Positions 11,423 through 22,803 of a stretch of 64,000 bases of DNA are shown here, piece after piece; position 1 is the stretch's first letter, and every line of letters starts with the position of its first letter. The position numbers were made by a program, and so were the translations under genes. Location of the stretch: assembly GCA_019057795.1 (NCBI GenBank), contig JAHLWS010000077.1:1-64000 (forward strand). The letters are read 5' to 3'. The DNA is from Promethearchaeota archaeon (GTDB lineage Archaea > Asgardarchaeota > Lokiarchaeia > Sigyniarchaeales > SOKP01). Under the pieces are notes generated by a model. The model was not told the origin of the DNA. It saw nothing but the letters and a program-made list of their open reading frames with translations, and did not search any database.

Positions 11423-11883
11423 AATTTATCCTTAAGATCTTTTTAATATTAGATTTAAAAATAATATTCCTAATATCTAAATATGGATTCTGTTTAGTTT
11501 CTATTGTTTATCATCTCATATTTTTTTAGTTATGCATCTAAAACTTACTTGTTTAACGATTGTTTCAAACTTTTGATGACATTTATGGCATTCAAAAATG
11601 TATTCTTTTTGTTTGGGGTAATTATTAATATAATCAATCAAGTATAATTTTTCTCCACAACTACATTCTATATACTGATCCTCTCTCATTCTTTCTCACT
11701 TCCTTTTGGTTTTTCAATTAAATCTAATTTACATTTTCAACTTTCAAAAATTTTCATGTACATTATAATTCATTTCACATCTGAGTTAGATAGCTCCTTT
11801 TAATTCATTATTACTTTTGTCTCCAAACTTCTGAAAAAAAAAGCTTATCATGTGAAGATCACTTATAGTAGGGGATTATACAT

Positions 11884-13227
11884 TTAGTTGAGGATATCAC
11901 TTCTTTTTTGCTCAATCTGATTTATTTTTAAAACCATTTCGCTAATAACTAAAGTTGGAGGGTCGTAATCATCGCTCCTTGGCTTTCTATCCTTACAATT
12001 ATTACAAAAATCATTTTCGAACTGATTAAACAAATGTCCAAGATTTCCAGATTGGGGAATTACTTTTTTCTTAGTACAAGTAATCTTTTTTACACCTAAA
12101 GAGTAAATTCCTTCAGCTTGTCCTAAAATTGAAGGATAATAACCAACAAGGAGATGTGAACATTTTTTCAAAATTGCAATTGGATTAAGATCATTTAGCG
12201 CTATGTCTAATGATTCTTTTATATGCGGGTCATTTATTGAGCTTAAATCCGAAAACTTAAAGAATTTTAAGGTTTCTATTGTTTTTGATAAGGGTATTTT
12301 AATTACATCATTAATTGTGAATAATTCCGAGGCGATTCCCATATTTTCTAAATTATAATTAAACTTTTTTATATAATACTGATGATTATATTCTTTAGCT
12401 AATTTTAAACCTTTTTGGTAAAACTCCTTTGCTTTATCTAATTTATAAGCCTCATAGTATCCACCTGCTAATAAATAAGTATGAAGTTGAGTATCTTTAG
12501 CTTCAAATTTATCTGATAACTCAACCAAGAGCTCGATAAATAATTCGTTCTTTTCCAATATTTTTGAAAATATGGATTTATCAATATGGTCTTTAAGGAT
12601 AGAGTTCAAAAACACCTCTATTTGCAGTAAATGAAGATTTAATGTATGATACTCAAATAAATCTAGTGATTCTAAAAATTTTTTTAAGATTTCTAACATT
12701 TTTTTGGTGTGCTCTTTTAGGACATTATCTAAGACGATATTCTCAGATTCCCATATGAATTTTATGAAATGATCGATGGTTCTATGTTTTTTTGATGCTT
12801 CTATTCTTTTTAATATATTAGGGATTTGCTGTTTTATTAAAATTTCAAAAGTTGCGTAATAATGGAAGAAAAATGTAAATGTATTAATATATAGTTGATC
12901 TTTTAATTCTTTAGAAAGCCTTAACCCCTCAATTGTTAAATTAATAAAAGTCTCAATTTTTTCTGTAAATATATTACTACTTGTCATTATTGCTAAGATA
13001 GCTTGTAGATGGTGCTTATCTTTCCTTTTGAGTTTATAAATTTTAAAGAACTGCTCTTGCATTTCCCTAATATTATCACTTCTAAAATATAAAATTGATG
13101 TGTGAATTCTTCGCTTAATATTTTCAATTTCTGTTTTACTTATTATTTCTTTCATTCTTTCAGGATTATCTAAAAAACTTTCAAAACCCTCCGACCGATG
13201 TACCTCATCTACGAAATTGTTTTGCAC
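11884..13227 (-). CDS. Hypothetical alpha-helical/TPR-like protein with a Cys-rich C-terminus
   Basis: 447-aa ORF; LLAGGYYEAYKLDKAKEFYQKGLKLA; C..H...C...CNNC near the C-terminus. Confidence 0.55.
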   Translation of the reverse strand: MQNNFVDEVHRSEGFESFLDNPERMKEIISKTEIENIKRRIHTSILYFRSDNIREMQEQFFKIYKLKRKDKHHLQAILAIMTSSNIFTEKIETFINLTIEGLRLSKELKDQLYINTFTFFFHYYATFEILIKQQIPNILKRIEASKKHRTIDHFIKFIWESENIVLDNVLKEHTKKMLEILKKFLESLDLFEYHTLNLHLLQIEVFLNSILKDHIDKSIFSKILEKNELFIELLVELSDKFEAKDTQLHTYLLAGGYYEAYKLDKAKEFYQKGLKLAKEYNHQYYIKKFNYNLENMGIASELFTINDVIKIPLSKTIETLKFFKFSDLSSINDPHIKESLDIALNDLNPIAILKKCSHLLVGYYPSILGQAEGIYSLGVKKITCTKKKVIPQSGNLGHLFNQFENDFCNNCKDRKPRSDDYDPPTLVISEMVLKINQIEQKRSDILN

Positions 13228-13328
13228 GATATAAATTACCTTTTGACCATATTGAACAATCCTTTTTCGATCTGTATCACAAGGTATTATATACCCAAAG
13301 CGAACGTAAACAAAAGTATTTTTTACCT

Positions 13329-13553
13329 TTGGGGAATCCTTGCGGACTTAAGGAAGTTTCAGAATTTATGGGTTATCTAAAATCAGATTTAGAAATATCT
13401 AATGGTATATTTGCTCCAATTGAATATGAAAGATTTTTAAATAATAACAATGAAAACCTTAAAACGAAAATTAAAAGTGATCTGTTACAATATAATAGAG
13501 ATGATCTGAAAAGAACCAAATATATTTATGATTGGTTAAGGAAGTTAAAGTGA
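13329..13553 (+). pseudogene. C-terminal fragment of a YprB/RNase_H_2-like exonuclease domain
   Basis: GLKEVSEFMG...LLQYNRDDLKRT (YNxxD motif); N-terminal part absent. Confidence 0.55.
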
Positions 13554-13665
13554 GATAATCATACATCTTAAAAATAAAGTCTGCACGTCATTGATTTAAA
13601 AATGTCAGATTGTAAGTTTTTTATCAATAAATATTAGAAAAACCAATTAAGTAAAGACAAAGAAA

Positions 13666-14730
13666 ATGATCTATGCTTTAAACGATCAAAATGAAAGAAT
13701 TAATGCTTCTAAAGCGGAAAAAGGTAAAAGTTATAGTTGTCCTAATTTAGATTGTGATAATAAAGAATTAATACTTAAGAAAGGACAAATAAGAATTCCT
13801 CATTTTGCTCACAAATCTCATAAGGATTGTTCTTCGGAACCTGAAAGTGAAGCCCATATTTTGTGTAAGATATTCTTCCAGTCTTTATTAGATCTTGACA
13901 AACAATTTGTTGAATACTATGGAATAAAAGGAGTTCGACCAGATGTTTTATATGACCAATTTGCCCTTGAAATACAGTGTTCCACCATCACTGTAAATGA
14001 AGTAAAAAGGAGAAATAAAATATACGAAAAAAATGGTTATATAGCCATATGGATATTTCTCGAAGATGAATTCAAACCTAAAAAAAAAACTAAAGAACCA
14101 AAAGCCTATTATCGTGTTAAAAAACCAGTCTTACGTGGCTCATTTGAAGATATAGGAAGAAGAAAACTTAAATTTTTTAGTTTCAAATGTGAAAATGAAG
14201 ATATTCACCTTAATTTTAATGATTATGGTGATTTTTTTGATGAATTCACAAAGGAAAATGAATTAGTTATCAAAACTAAGCAGGATTTTGATAGCATTTT
14301 AGAAGAAATTCTAATCCTAATTAAAAATAAAAAAGAGTTATATGATCTCAAGAAAAAATTAAATTCCTTACCTAAAAAAATTCAAGGTAATTTATATGAA
14401 AGCTCAAATCTTAATTATGCTCATATATCAGCTATAGACTTTTTAGATGGTGTTAATAATTTTAATATTGGAATGTTTTTAAATCAAATATTTCGTGAAA
14501 AAGATTGTTCTATGGATACCTTTAAAGATCACATTGAAAAAATGATAATTAAAGCATATAATAAGGATAAAAGTATTAAAGATTGGAGAGATCAAAATAC
14601 TTTCGAGCGAAATGGAAAAAAATATGTTCCTATATGTGGAATCAAAAAAATATATCATGAAACCCCTAAAGCGTATTTAGTTTGGTCTAATCAATACTTC
14701 AACTTCATAAGCACCACTATTCAATTTTAA
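13666..14730 (+). CDS. coiA: CoiA-family nuclease-like protein
   Basis: YSCPN..C...LKKGQIRIPHFAH...C..EPESEAH..CK; RPDV...ALEIQCS PD-(D/E)XK core. Confidence 0.85.
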   Translation: MIYALNDQNERINASKAEKGKSYSCPNLDCDNKELILKKGQIRIPHFAHKSHKDCSSEPESEAHILCKIFFQSLLDLDKQFVEYYGIKGVRPDVLYDQFALEIQCSTITVNEVKRRNKIYEKNGYIAIWIFLEDEFKPKKKTKEPKAYYRVKKPVLRGSFEDIGRRKLKFFSFKCENEDIHLNFNDYGDFFDEFTKENELVIKTKQDFDSILEEILILIKNKKELYDLKKKLNSLPKKIQGNLYESSNLNYAHISAIDFLDGVNNFNIGMFLNQIFREKDCSMDTFKDHIEKMIIKAYNKDKSIKDWRDQNTFERNGKKYVPICGIKKIYHETPKAYLVWSNQYFNFISTTIQF

Positions 14731-15175
14731 CCTACCTGGTCTCCGTTAACATTGAAACCGACGGATTCCATCTCTACATTCGATTCCTCGAGCAAAAGGA
14801 TACGTAAGTTGTACAGCCATAATTTGAGCCTTTAAATTTACATTTTTTCTTTTTTGCTATTTTTTTAGATGTCATATGCTCCCAGATCTTATAATTAAAT
14901 TCATGTAATAGATTTAAATTTCTATTTAAAAGCTTAGATTTTCTTTTTGAAAGACCATTTAAGTTAATTAGTATAAAAATAAATAATCTTATTTATTTTT
15001 TATTTAATTAAAATTGAAATCTTATTTGTATGACTTACGAAAACATCTTAAATTGGTTCAAAAAGCACCCATCATTTAAGCGATGGGAATTCTTTTCTTT
15101 ATTAAGAAAAGAAATTCTAAGAAAAAATAGAAGTAAAAAATATAGCAAAATAACTTGTTAAATAAATGAGAAATA

Positions 15176-18100
15176 ATGACAATTCGAAATGAAAAACATG
15201 TAATGGAAGATGAATCAGTTAATATAATAAATTCTTTTCTATTACCTTGGATTGTATACGATTTAAGGGTTTCTGATTATGCTATTGATCTTTATGTTAG
15301 AATAGCTGAAATAAATAAACCAGTGAGTTCAGACTCATTTCATATTCAATTAAAATCCACAAAAGAAAAAAAATTGAAAGATAATAAAATTACTCTAAAT
15401 AATTTTCCCACAAAAACCTTACTTACCTTTGAAACTTCATATGAACCCGCATATATCGTTTTATGTGATTTAAGCTCAAAAGAGTTATACTGGGTTAATG
15501 TTCATGACGAAATTAACCGTTTAAATAATGCTAATCCAGCTTGGAAAAAACAAAATACAAATACAATTTATTTTAATTTACCTCAAGCGGTATTCACTAA
15601 ATCGAAACTAAAAGAAGATGCACTAAGAATACGGAAAAAATTAATTATAAAATATTCAATTAAACTAAAAGAAGATGAGTCTTTTGAAAAAATATATAGT
15701 CAAATGGAAATAGAATCTATTCAAGAAGATATTTTCTCAGGAAAAATAAAACTTAAAGATGAGAAAGCAAAAAAACTGTTTATAGCAGAGTTAAATTTTG
15801 TTAAAATTTTCAATGTTGAATTTGATGATGTAAGTAAAAGGATTAAGGAAATCATTATTACAATTACTTTTTATGAAAAAATTATTAGGAAAAAATTAAT
15901 CCCATCAAGTATCAATACTGGTCTTATCTTTATGAGATTATCTGATTTATTTTTTATGTTATCTGGAATTAAAGACTTTAAACTAAATATAAACAAATCT
16001 ATAGATTCTAACAAAAAAGCATTAAAATATTATAACAAAAAAGAAGATTTTCTTCAAAATTTCATCATATATCATAATTTAGGGTTAGCCTATAAATTAT
16101 TATATGAGAGTGACCCCAGAGATGATTATTTGTTATATCAGATTACTGCTCTTAATAGCAATTTAAAACTTGCTGAAGAAAAAGGAATTGCACCCATTTT
16201 AGGTCAACTTAACTTATCTATAGCTAATTTATATCTAAAACTAACTGATAAGAAGATTCATTTAATAAAAAACCAATCTAAAATGATCAACCAAATTAGG
16301 TCTTCAATAAGTCATTTTGAAAAAGCTTTAGAATATTCCCAATATTCAGAAGATTCGAAGGAATATGCACTGATCTGTTATTCTATTGGGAATTTATATA
16401 CAATGAATGCAGAATTAGAAAGTCCATATAATAATTTAAAGAGTTCTTTTAAATATCTAACAAAAGGATACGATATTATATTGAAAGTTGGTGATTCAGA
16501 AGAAATTTCAGATTATAAAACTAAATTAGCCGTAGTTTATCGAGGTTTGTATGATTATGAAAATAATAAAAATTGTCTAAAGAAAAGTATTGATTATTTA
16601 AATCAGGCACTTGAATTTTGGAATCTTGAGGATTTTCCATGGGATTATGCAACAGCATTGAAAAATTTGGCAATGGATTATATAATTTTAGGTACTATTG
16701 AAAATACAAAAGAAAATATATTAAAAGCAAAAGAAGCATTGGAGAAAGTCTTAATAGTCTTCTCTAAAGAGATTTATCCTGAAAGATATGCTTCCACTCA
16801 ATTAACTTATTATGAAGCTTATATAACTCTTTATGAGAATAATATAGATATTGAAGATAACTTAAATAGAGCACTTGAATCTTTAAATGAATGCCTACAA
16901 GTATATTCAAAGGAATTTTATCCCTATGGTTTTGCCACAGTAAAATTAAATCTTGGGGCTACTTATATGTATCTCTATCAACATTCAAATAATAAAAAAT
17001 ACATAGAAGAATCGATTAATTCCCTTAAAGAAGCTATTGAATTTTTTATATTAAAAGTTTATCCAGAAGATTATGCAAAATCACAGAATAATATTGGACA
17101 GTCCTATTTAGCATTATCAAAACATAATGATGAAGAAATTAATTTAAAAAAAGCATTAAATTCATTCAGAGAATCTCTTAATGTTCGGAGTTTAAAATCT
17201 CATCCATTTTTATATGCCCAGCTAAACAAATGGTTAGGAATAGTATATTATAAGCTAAATAATATTGATGAGAAAGTGGAATTTCTTGAAGAGGGAATAA
17301 AAGCATACAATAATGCCTTAAAAAAATTTACCCTCAAAGATTATCCTGAAGATTATGCCGAAATATACTTTAATTTAGGGGGATACTACAAAAAATTAGC
17401 GGAATTTAAAGATAAAATTCCTAATTTAAAAAAAGCTATTCATTATTTTAAAGAATCATTAAAAGTTATAACATTTGAATCTGATTCTTTTAAATATGAA
17501 ATAACAAACAACTACATTGGAAATATTTGCTTTGATTTAATAGAGATTGAGGAGAAAGAAGAATTTATCAAAGAAGGATTAATTGCGTATCCCAATATTT
17601 TAAAAAATTTATCGAAGACCGATAATCCTCATAATTATGCAGCAATGAAATGTAATTTGGGAAATTTATATACTCGCTTAGCAAAAAAAGGGAATAGAGA
17701 AACAAACTTAAAACAATCTATAGATGCATTTGATGAGGCAATTGAGATTTATTACACCTTAAAATCCTATGAACAATTAAAGAATGCCATTGCTAATCTA
17801 TCTGAAAGTCTATATTTTTATGGTTTTCTAACAGAAGATAAAACTATATGTGTAGAAGCAATAAATTATTATAAAAAGATACAAAAATCTATTGAGCCCT
17901 TAACTAATGTAGAATTAAACCTTGGATTAATCAATTGTTTAGGAATAATGTATAGAAAACTAAGCAAATTTGGAGAAAAAATAGAAAATATTAAAATATC
18001 AATAAAGTATTATAAAAAGGCCTTAAAAATTGTTGAAAAAGGTTCTGAAGATCATGGAATAACTTTAAACAATTTAGGTTTAGCATATCAAGAACTTTCG

Positions 18101-18253
18101 GATGATATAGATACAAAGGAAAATTTAATTAAATCATTATCAACCTATAATGAATCTTTAGAGTACTTAACTAAAAAAAACTCAGAAACCATCAAAATTG
18201 TTAAGAAGAATATTAAGAAAATAAACCTAAAGTTAAAAGAATTTAATAATTAA
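15176..18253 (+). CDS. DUF4365 PD-(D/E)XK nuclease fused to a long TPR array
   Basis: N-terminal DYAIDLYV...FHIQLKS...LYWVN; many repeats of the type YPEDYA...NNLG.AY......NLKKAI..F.EAL.V. Confidence 0.85.
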   Translation: MTIRNEKHVMEDESVNIINSFLLPWIVYDLRVSDYAIDLYVRIAEINKPVSSDSFHIQLKSTKEKKLKDNKITLNNFPTKTLLTFETSYEPAYIVLCDLSSKELYWVNVHDEINRLNNANPAWKKQNTNTIYFNLPQAVFTKSKLKEDALRIRKKLIIKYSIKLKEDESFEKIYSQMEIESIQEDIFSGKIKLKDEKAKKLFIAELNFVKIFNVEFDDVSKRIKEIIITITFYEKIIRKKLIPSSINTGLIFMRLSDLFFMLSGIKDFKLNINKSIDSNKKALKYYNKKEDFLQNFIIYHNLGLAYKLLYESDPRDDYLLYQITALNSNLKLAEEKGIAPILGQLNLSIANLYLKLTDKKIHLIKNQSKMINQIRSSISHFEKALEYSQYSEDSKEYALICYSIGNLYTMNAELESPYNNLKSSFKYLTKGYDIILKVGDSEEISDYKTKLAVVYRGLYDYENNKNCLKKSIDYLNQALEFWNLEDFPWDYATALKNLAMDYIILGTIENTKENILKAKEALEKVLIVFSKEIYPERYASTQLTYYEAYITLYENNIDIEDNLNRALESLNECLQVYSKEFYPYGFATVKLNLGATYMYLYQHSNNKKYIEESINSLKEAIEFFILKVYPEDYAKSQNNIGQSYLALSKHNDEEINLKKALNSFRESLNVRSLKSHPFLYAQLNKWLGIVYYKLNNIDEKVEFLEEGIKAYNNALKKFTLKDYPEDYAEIYFNLGGYYKKLAEFKDKIPNLKKAIHYFKESLKVITFESDSFKYEITNNYIGNICFDLIEIEEKEEFIKEGLIAYPNILKNLSKTDNPHNYAAMKCNLGNLYTRLAKKGNRETNLKQSIDAFDEAIEIYYTLKSYEQLKNAIANLSESLYFYGFLTEDKTICVEAINYYKKIQKSIEPLTNVELNLGLINCLGIMYRKLSKFGEKIENIKISIKYYKKALKIVEKGSEDHGITLNNLGLAYQELSDDIDTKENLIKSLSTYNESLEYLTKKNSETIKIVKKNIKKINLKLKEFNN

Positions 18254-18269
18254 TATTAAATGAGTACGA

Positions 18270-18815
18270 GATAACACAACCTTATTGATAATATCATACC
18301 ATTTTCTCACATTGTTGAAGGACTCTTTGTTTGTAATGTCAAATACAATGATACCTGCTCGTGAATCTGTTAAATAATCAGGCCACAAACGTTGAAATTG
18401 ATTTTATCCAGCAAGATCCCAAATCATGAATTTTACAGAGGTATCTAATTCATTAAATAAACACTCTCTTTTAGATATAAATGTCCCAATTGTAGCTTTA
18501 TAGTCGGCTTTAAATATACCATGAACATATCTCTGAGCCATACTTGTCTTCCCTACACCACCATCTCCAATTAAACTCAACTTATAAACAAAATCAGGGG
18601 AATGGGATTTTTATTGGTAATAATCCAATTTATGTTTTAATTTTTCCACTTCAGTATCTCTTCTTATTTTGGGAATTACAGGGCTAACCGGTAGTTCTCC
18701 ATCAACTATTCTTGCAACTTTATCAGCAGTTAGATAGGTATAAGGAAATATATCATCAACAAACGTTGCAGGATGAAGAATCGACACTAAAACATGATCC
18801 GAACCAGACTCACAA
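18270..18815 (-). pseudogene. Roadblock/LC7 - Rab-like small GTPase fusion, degraded
   Basis: FCESGSDHVLVSIL...YLTADKVARIVDG (Roadblock C-half), then YKLSLIGDGGVGKTS (G1), YKATIG (G2), IWDLAG* (G3, Gln replaced by TAA at 18404-18406) and IIVFDITNKESF. Second TAA at 18611-18613; G4/G5 missing. Confidence 0.85.
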
Positions 18816-19176
18816 AATTTTTTCTAAATATTCTCCAATATATGCAATAAATTCCTTGACTTTAATTTTGTTAAGAAGATCAGGAGTTTCCTCAAATTTT
18901 ATTGATATGATCAGGAAGGTTATTTGATATTTCCTTCTTTTCTTTCTATTATACTCTGGACAATCATCATTCGTTTTATTTAATTTTGCGGGTAAATCTT
19001 TTACTCTTTCAATATTAAGAGCAAACTTTAAAAAATTTTTAGATTTGGATAATTCTAAAGTTCTTGTAAGCTTTACCTATCTTTTTCGATTTGGTTGTCC
19101 CTTATTTTATATTCGATGAGCAATTTCGTGAGTTCGTTCTCTAACTGTATACTTTATTTTTTTGCTACTAAATGTA

Positions 19177-20013
19177 TCAAATACTTGTATCATGCCCACA
19201 TTTTGTACAAAATTTAGTGTTTGGAATAATCTCCTTCCCACAATTTTGGCAATAATGAGCTTTTTTGGCGAGAATATCTTTAGGTTCTTGCGTAATAAAG
19301 ATTTTTCTTTCTTCTGTCTTTTTTTTATACAATTTATAGATTCCTACAGGCACACCTATACACAAAACAGCTCCAATACCAAATAAAACTACAATACCCA
19401 AGAAATAACCCCCAGAATATTCTGGTTCTGGATAAGTCCAAATTAATTGTGGATAATCCTCACTACTGTAAGCTCCTTCTTTTGAATGTCCCTGAACATA
19501 GCCTGTTTGCAAATTATTTGAAGCGTTAACACAAATAGAAATACTATTTCTTCCTTGTATAAAGTCAGTAATATCAATCTTATAGATTTTTCCTTCAGCT
19601 ACAGTGAAAGTTGTAATTATTTCTTTATGTTCAGGTTTATTCACCCAATTAATTGTGTATTCGTTCCAAGTATCGCTTATCAAACATACCATTACATTAA
19701 AAGTCTCTGAAACGTAATACATATCTATTGAAATTTCTGCTTTTGTCCAACCCGCAGGTTTATCAGAAAAATTAAAGTATAAATATGCTTCAGTCCACCC
19801 AAGACCGCGGTCTCCAAATATTAACCAGTTTTTTCCGCCATAATTTGAAGTTGGATTATACGTATATATGTACGCGTCTTTCTCTGCTACAGTTGATACA
19901 GTTTCATCGCTTGCTATACATCCTATAAGTGTAATGTTAAACGTTAATCCAATTACAATTAGTATCCCTACTATTACAAATAATTTTTTTTTTAACATTT
20001 TTTTCAACTTCAT
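19177..20013 (-). CDS. Membrane protein: DNRLRE/CBM96-like domain, TM helix, double zinc ribbon
   Basis: N-terminal hydrophobic helix; AEKDAYI...NYGG...W.E.TINW.NKP; second TM helix; CQNCG...FCTKCG. Confidence 0.8.
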   Translation of the reverse strand: MKLKKMLKKKLFVIVGILIVIGLTFNITLIGCIASDETVSTVAEKDAYIYTYNPTSNYGGKNWLIFGDRGLGWTEAYLYFNFSDKPAGWTKAEISIDMYYVSETFNVMVCLISDTWNEYTINWVNKPEHKEIITTFTVAEGKIYKIDITDFIQGRNSISICVNASNNLQTGYVQGHSKEGAYSSEDYPQLIWTYPEPEYSGGYFLGIVVLFGIGAVLCIGVPVGIYKLYKKKTEERKIFITQEPKDILAKKAHYCQNCGKEIIPNTKFCTKCGHDTSI

Positions 20014-20524
20014 TCCTGAAAATTGCTTAGATTTTTGATCAAATAACTATCAGAATAAAAAATATTTAACATTTTGGCAAAAATGATTTTTATAATGTTT
20101 TTAATTCCGCTTCCCTTTATCTTAATTGCTTAATCTATTAACTAATTTATAAGCAATAATATTAGTAGTAATAATAAAGATGTAACGTGCTTAATATAAT
20201 TAAAAGTATATGTATCTATGAATAATTTAATTATATTTAGCTCTTCCTTATGCTTTTACAGTTAAAGTTTCACGTAAAGTTAAAATGTTACAGGAATAGT
20301 CTTAACGAAATAAATCTAAAGAAATAAAAGTTAGGTTTAGACCAAAATTCTATCTTGATTAAAAACAAAACTAAAAACCAGAATAAAATAAAAAAAAAAG
20401 AGAGCTAGAGTTAGAGGTTTTTGAAAGACTTGAAGTATTCGCACGCCCCTCCCTTTATTAAGGCGAGGCTCGTAATGCTCGAGTAGGCTGCTTTGTAATT
20501 CTCGTCTTTTAGCATATCTATTAC

Positions 20525-21261
20525 TTGTTCTCTCGAGTCGAACTTAACTATTATAAAAATTTACAAAACATTTGGAATTTTTTTGATAAGTATTCTTACT
20601 GGTTTGATGATACCTTGATACTTTTGTTGGACACCAATGAAAGGAGGGATTCAAAAAAATCCATTATCTTTTTGTTAGAGGAAGATGTGTGGAGCACGGA
20701 TGAGGTCTATGGAAAATATCTCATAGAGGAAAATAAAGCGGGTATAACCATTAGCTATTCCCGAAGGGAGAGAAATATAAATCAAATTACATTAGAAACA
20801 AAAGAGGAGTCTGAAATAAAAGATTGGATTTGTAAAGATGCGATACGACATATCAGAACCAGTTTGAATTCTTATGGGGTAAGTTGGAAACAGAAATACA
20901 GGCGTGCATTGAAGAAATTTTCCATAAATCCCCAAAATTTACTCTCAAACCAAATTATTTACAAAATCAGCTCGATAAAACAATAGAAATTTCCGAACAA
21001 TGGGCAGAGGCGGGATTACTTAACTTAGGAAGGATTGTAGAACACTGGTTACTAAATAAACTGGGAATAAAAAATGCACCACTTTTTTTCGATCTTATTA
21101 GAGAAGCAGAGATTGCTGGTTTAATAGATAAGAATGAGGTAAAACTCTTAAGGTATATTAGAACTAATTATAACGATTTGAAACATAAAACTTGCTATAA
21201 AATTGATATTGAGGATATAAACTTAAAGGTAAAAAGCTTTTCTAATTTATTCAAATCTTAA
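20525..21261 (+). pseudogene. Probable frameshifted HEPN (DUF4145-like) protein
   Basis: ORFs 20525..20986 and 20884..21261 overlap by 103 nt in different frames; the second has GRIVEHWL...LIREA...IRTNYNDLKH (HEPN-like). Confidence 0.45.
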
Positions 21262-21267
21262 TCTTGA

Positions 21268-22548
21268 CTAGAAAAACTCAATCTTTTTATTTTTTCTTGA
21301 GAATAATTTTCTGATAAATTTTTTTAGTCTTTCTTTTTTTTTCACTATATCAATAATTTCATCTAGCTTTTTTAATAAAACATATTGAATAGAATTAGCT
21401 TGTTGAGACAGAAAATGATCATAAGAAAACCTTTCTTCAATTAATTGTCTAAGATTTCTGGTGTATGATATGTAATTATCAAATAAACTATTATCTATAT
21501 TATCTAAAGCAAAATTAACTTCTAATTCTATCCTTATTTCTCTGAAATTGTAGTCTGATAACACTTCAGACAGATAAGTATATTGGGGATGATTAGTAAT
21601 CAAATACAATCCTCCCGTTGTCAATTTAAATAAAATTTTATAATTAAAATATGGATGTTTTAAATTCATTAAAATCTCAGCCTTATTATTGCGAGTTATA
21701 GATATTACAAAATCTTTCGGTACTTTAAAATTAGGAATGCTAATCCAATTTAGATATTTTTTTAAATCAAATTTTATCTCTTCAATGTAGGAGTCTCTAT
21801 TCAAGATAGGAATATCCTCAATTGTTAACCCTCTATATTCTAAATCTTCTAAATTTTCTACACGATGTTGCATATCCTTATTAAGATCATTAATTTTAAT
21901 ATTCCAACCCCTTTGGAAGAAATATGCAATATCTCTTAATAAAAGATATGGAGATATTTCCAATAAGAAAAGATCTATTTTATCTCTATTCTCAAGGAGT
22001 TTTAATTTTGTTTCCTCGGGTAGGTTTGCTAAAAATGAACCATATTGTTGCTTTATTCCTTCTGGTTCATCAAGACGATAATTCATTCTGAGATCTTCAT
22101 TATAAACGATAACCATCCTAAAAATTTGATTAAAATCAAGCTCTTCATTCGGAAATAAATTTTTTAATTGATTATCTGTAACATTAAGTATGAATAAGTT
22201 TGTAATATTATCACTTGGTTCTTCACCACCAATGTTTGATTGCTCGTGGTTTTTCTTAATATTCTCCAATCGGGAAACGGTATACGAATCAGGGTCATCA
22301 TCTATTACTTTATGGTGCAATGGGCACATTAAAAGAAGATTATCAAATCCGTGTCTCTCCTCATCGGATTGTTTAGGATCATATCTTGGAGACCCCTGTT
22401 TTTTACCCTTAATATGACAAATCTCTCCAGTTACAGTTCCGCTCTCCTCATCGACAAGAGGAGTATTACAATTAGGAAAATAACACTGATTATCAGACAC
22501 TGCGAATAATCTTTTTACAGTTTTTTGGCGTGGTGAACTTAAGGTCAT
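21268..22548 (-). CDS. N-terminal HNH endonuclease protein (defence-effector type)
   Basis: VKRLFAVSDNQCYFPNC...GEICHIKG...GSPRYD...NLLLMCPLHHKVID. Confidence 0.85.
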   Translation of the reverse strand: MTLSSPRQKTVKRLFAVSDNQCYFPNCNTPLVDEESGTVTGEICHIKGKKQGSPRYDPKQSDEERHGFDNLLLMCPLHHKVIDDDPDSYTVSRLENIKKNHEQSNIGGEEPSDNITNLFILNVTDNQLKNLFPNEELDFNQIFRMVIVYNEDLRMNYRLDEPEGIKQQYGSFLANLPEETKLKLLENRDKIDLFLLEISPYLLLRDIAYFFQRGWNIKINDLNKDMQHRVENLEDLEYRGLTIEDIPILNRDSYIEEIKFDLKKYLNWISIPNFKVPKDFVISITRNNKAEILMNLKHPYFNYKILFKLTTGGLYLITNHPQYTYLSEVLSDYNFREIRIELEVNFALDNIDNSLFDNYISYTRNLRQLIEERFSYDHFLSQQANSIQYVLLKKLDEIIDIVKKKERLKKFIRKLFSRKNKKIEFF

Positions 22549-22803
22549 AGTTGAATAACTAAAAGGATTTTTTAATTTTATGAATTATTACGCAATTTAG
22601 CTATTTAAATAGAAGAGATTTAAGGTTTAATAAAGTCTTATTATATTAATAAGGAAATATCATTATAGATGGGAAAAAAAAAAAAAAATTATTTTGAATG
22701 AAAATGAATAATCCAAATAGTAAAAATGAGTTTAAAATTAATAAATATGTTACACTAAGGATTATTGGAAAGGAAGTGCATATTTATGTTGGAAGACAAG
22801 AAT

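Noticed and set aside
14685-14875. Minus-strand relic faintly resembling a prokaryotic E2-like N-terminus (AQIMAVQLTYPF...)
   Set aside because: It needs a frameshift and a stop to read through, and the similarity is too weak to support by eye.
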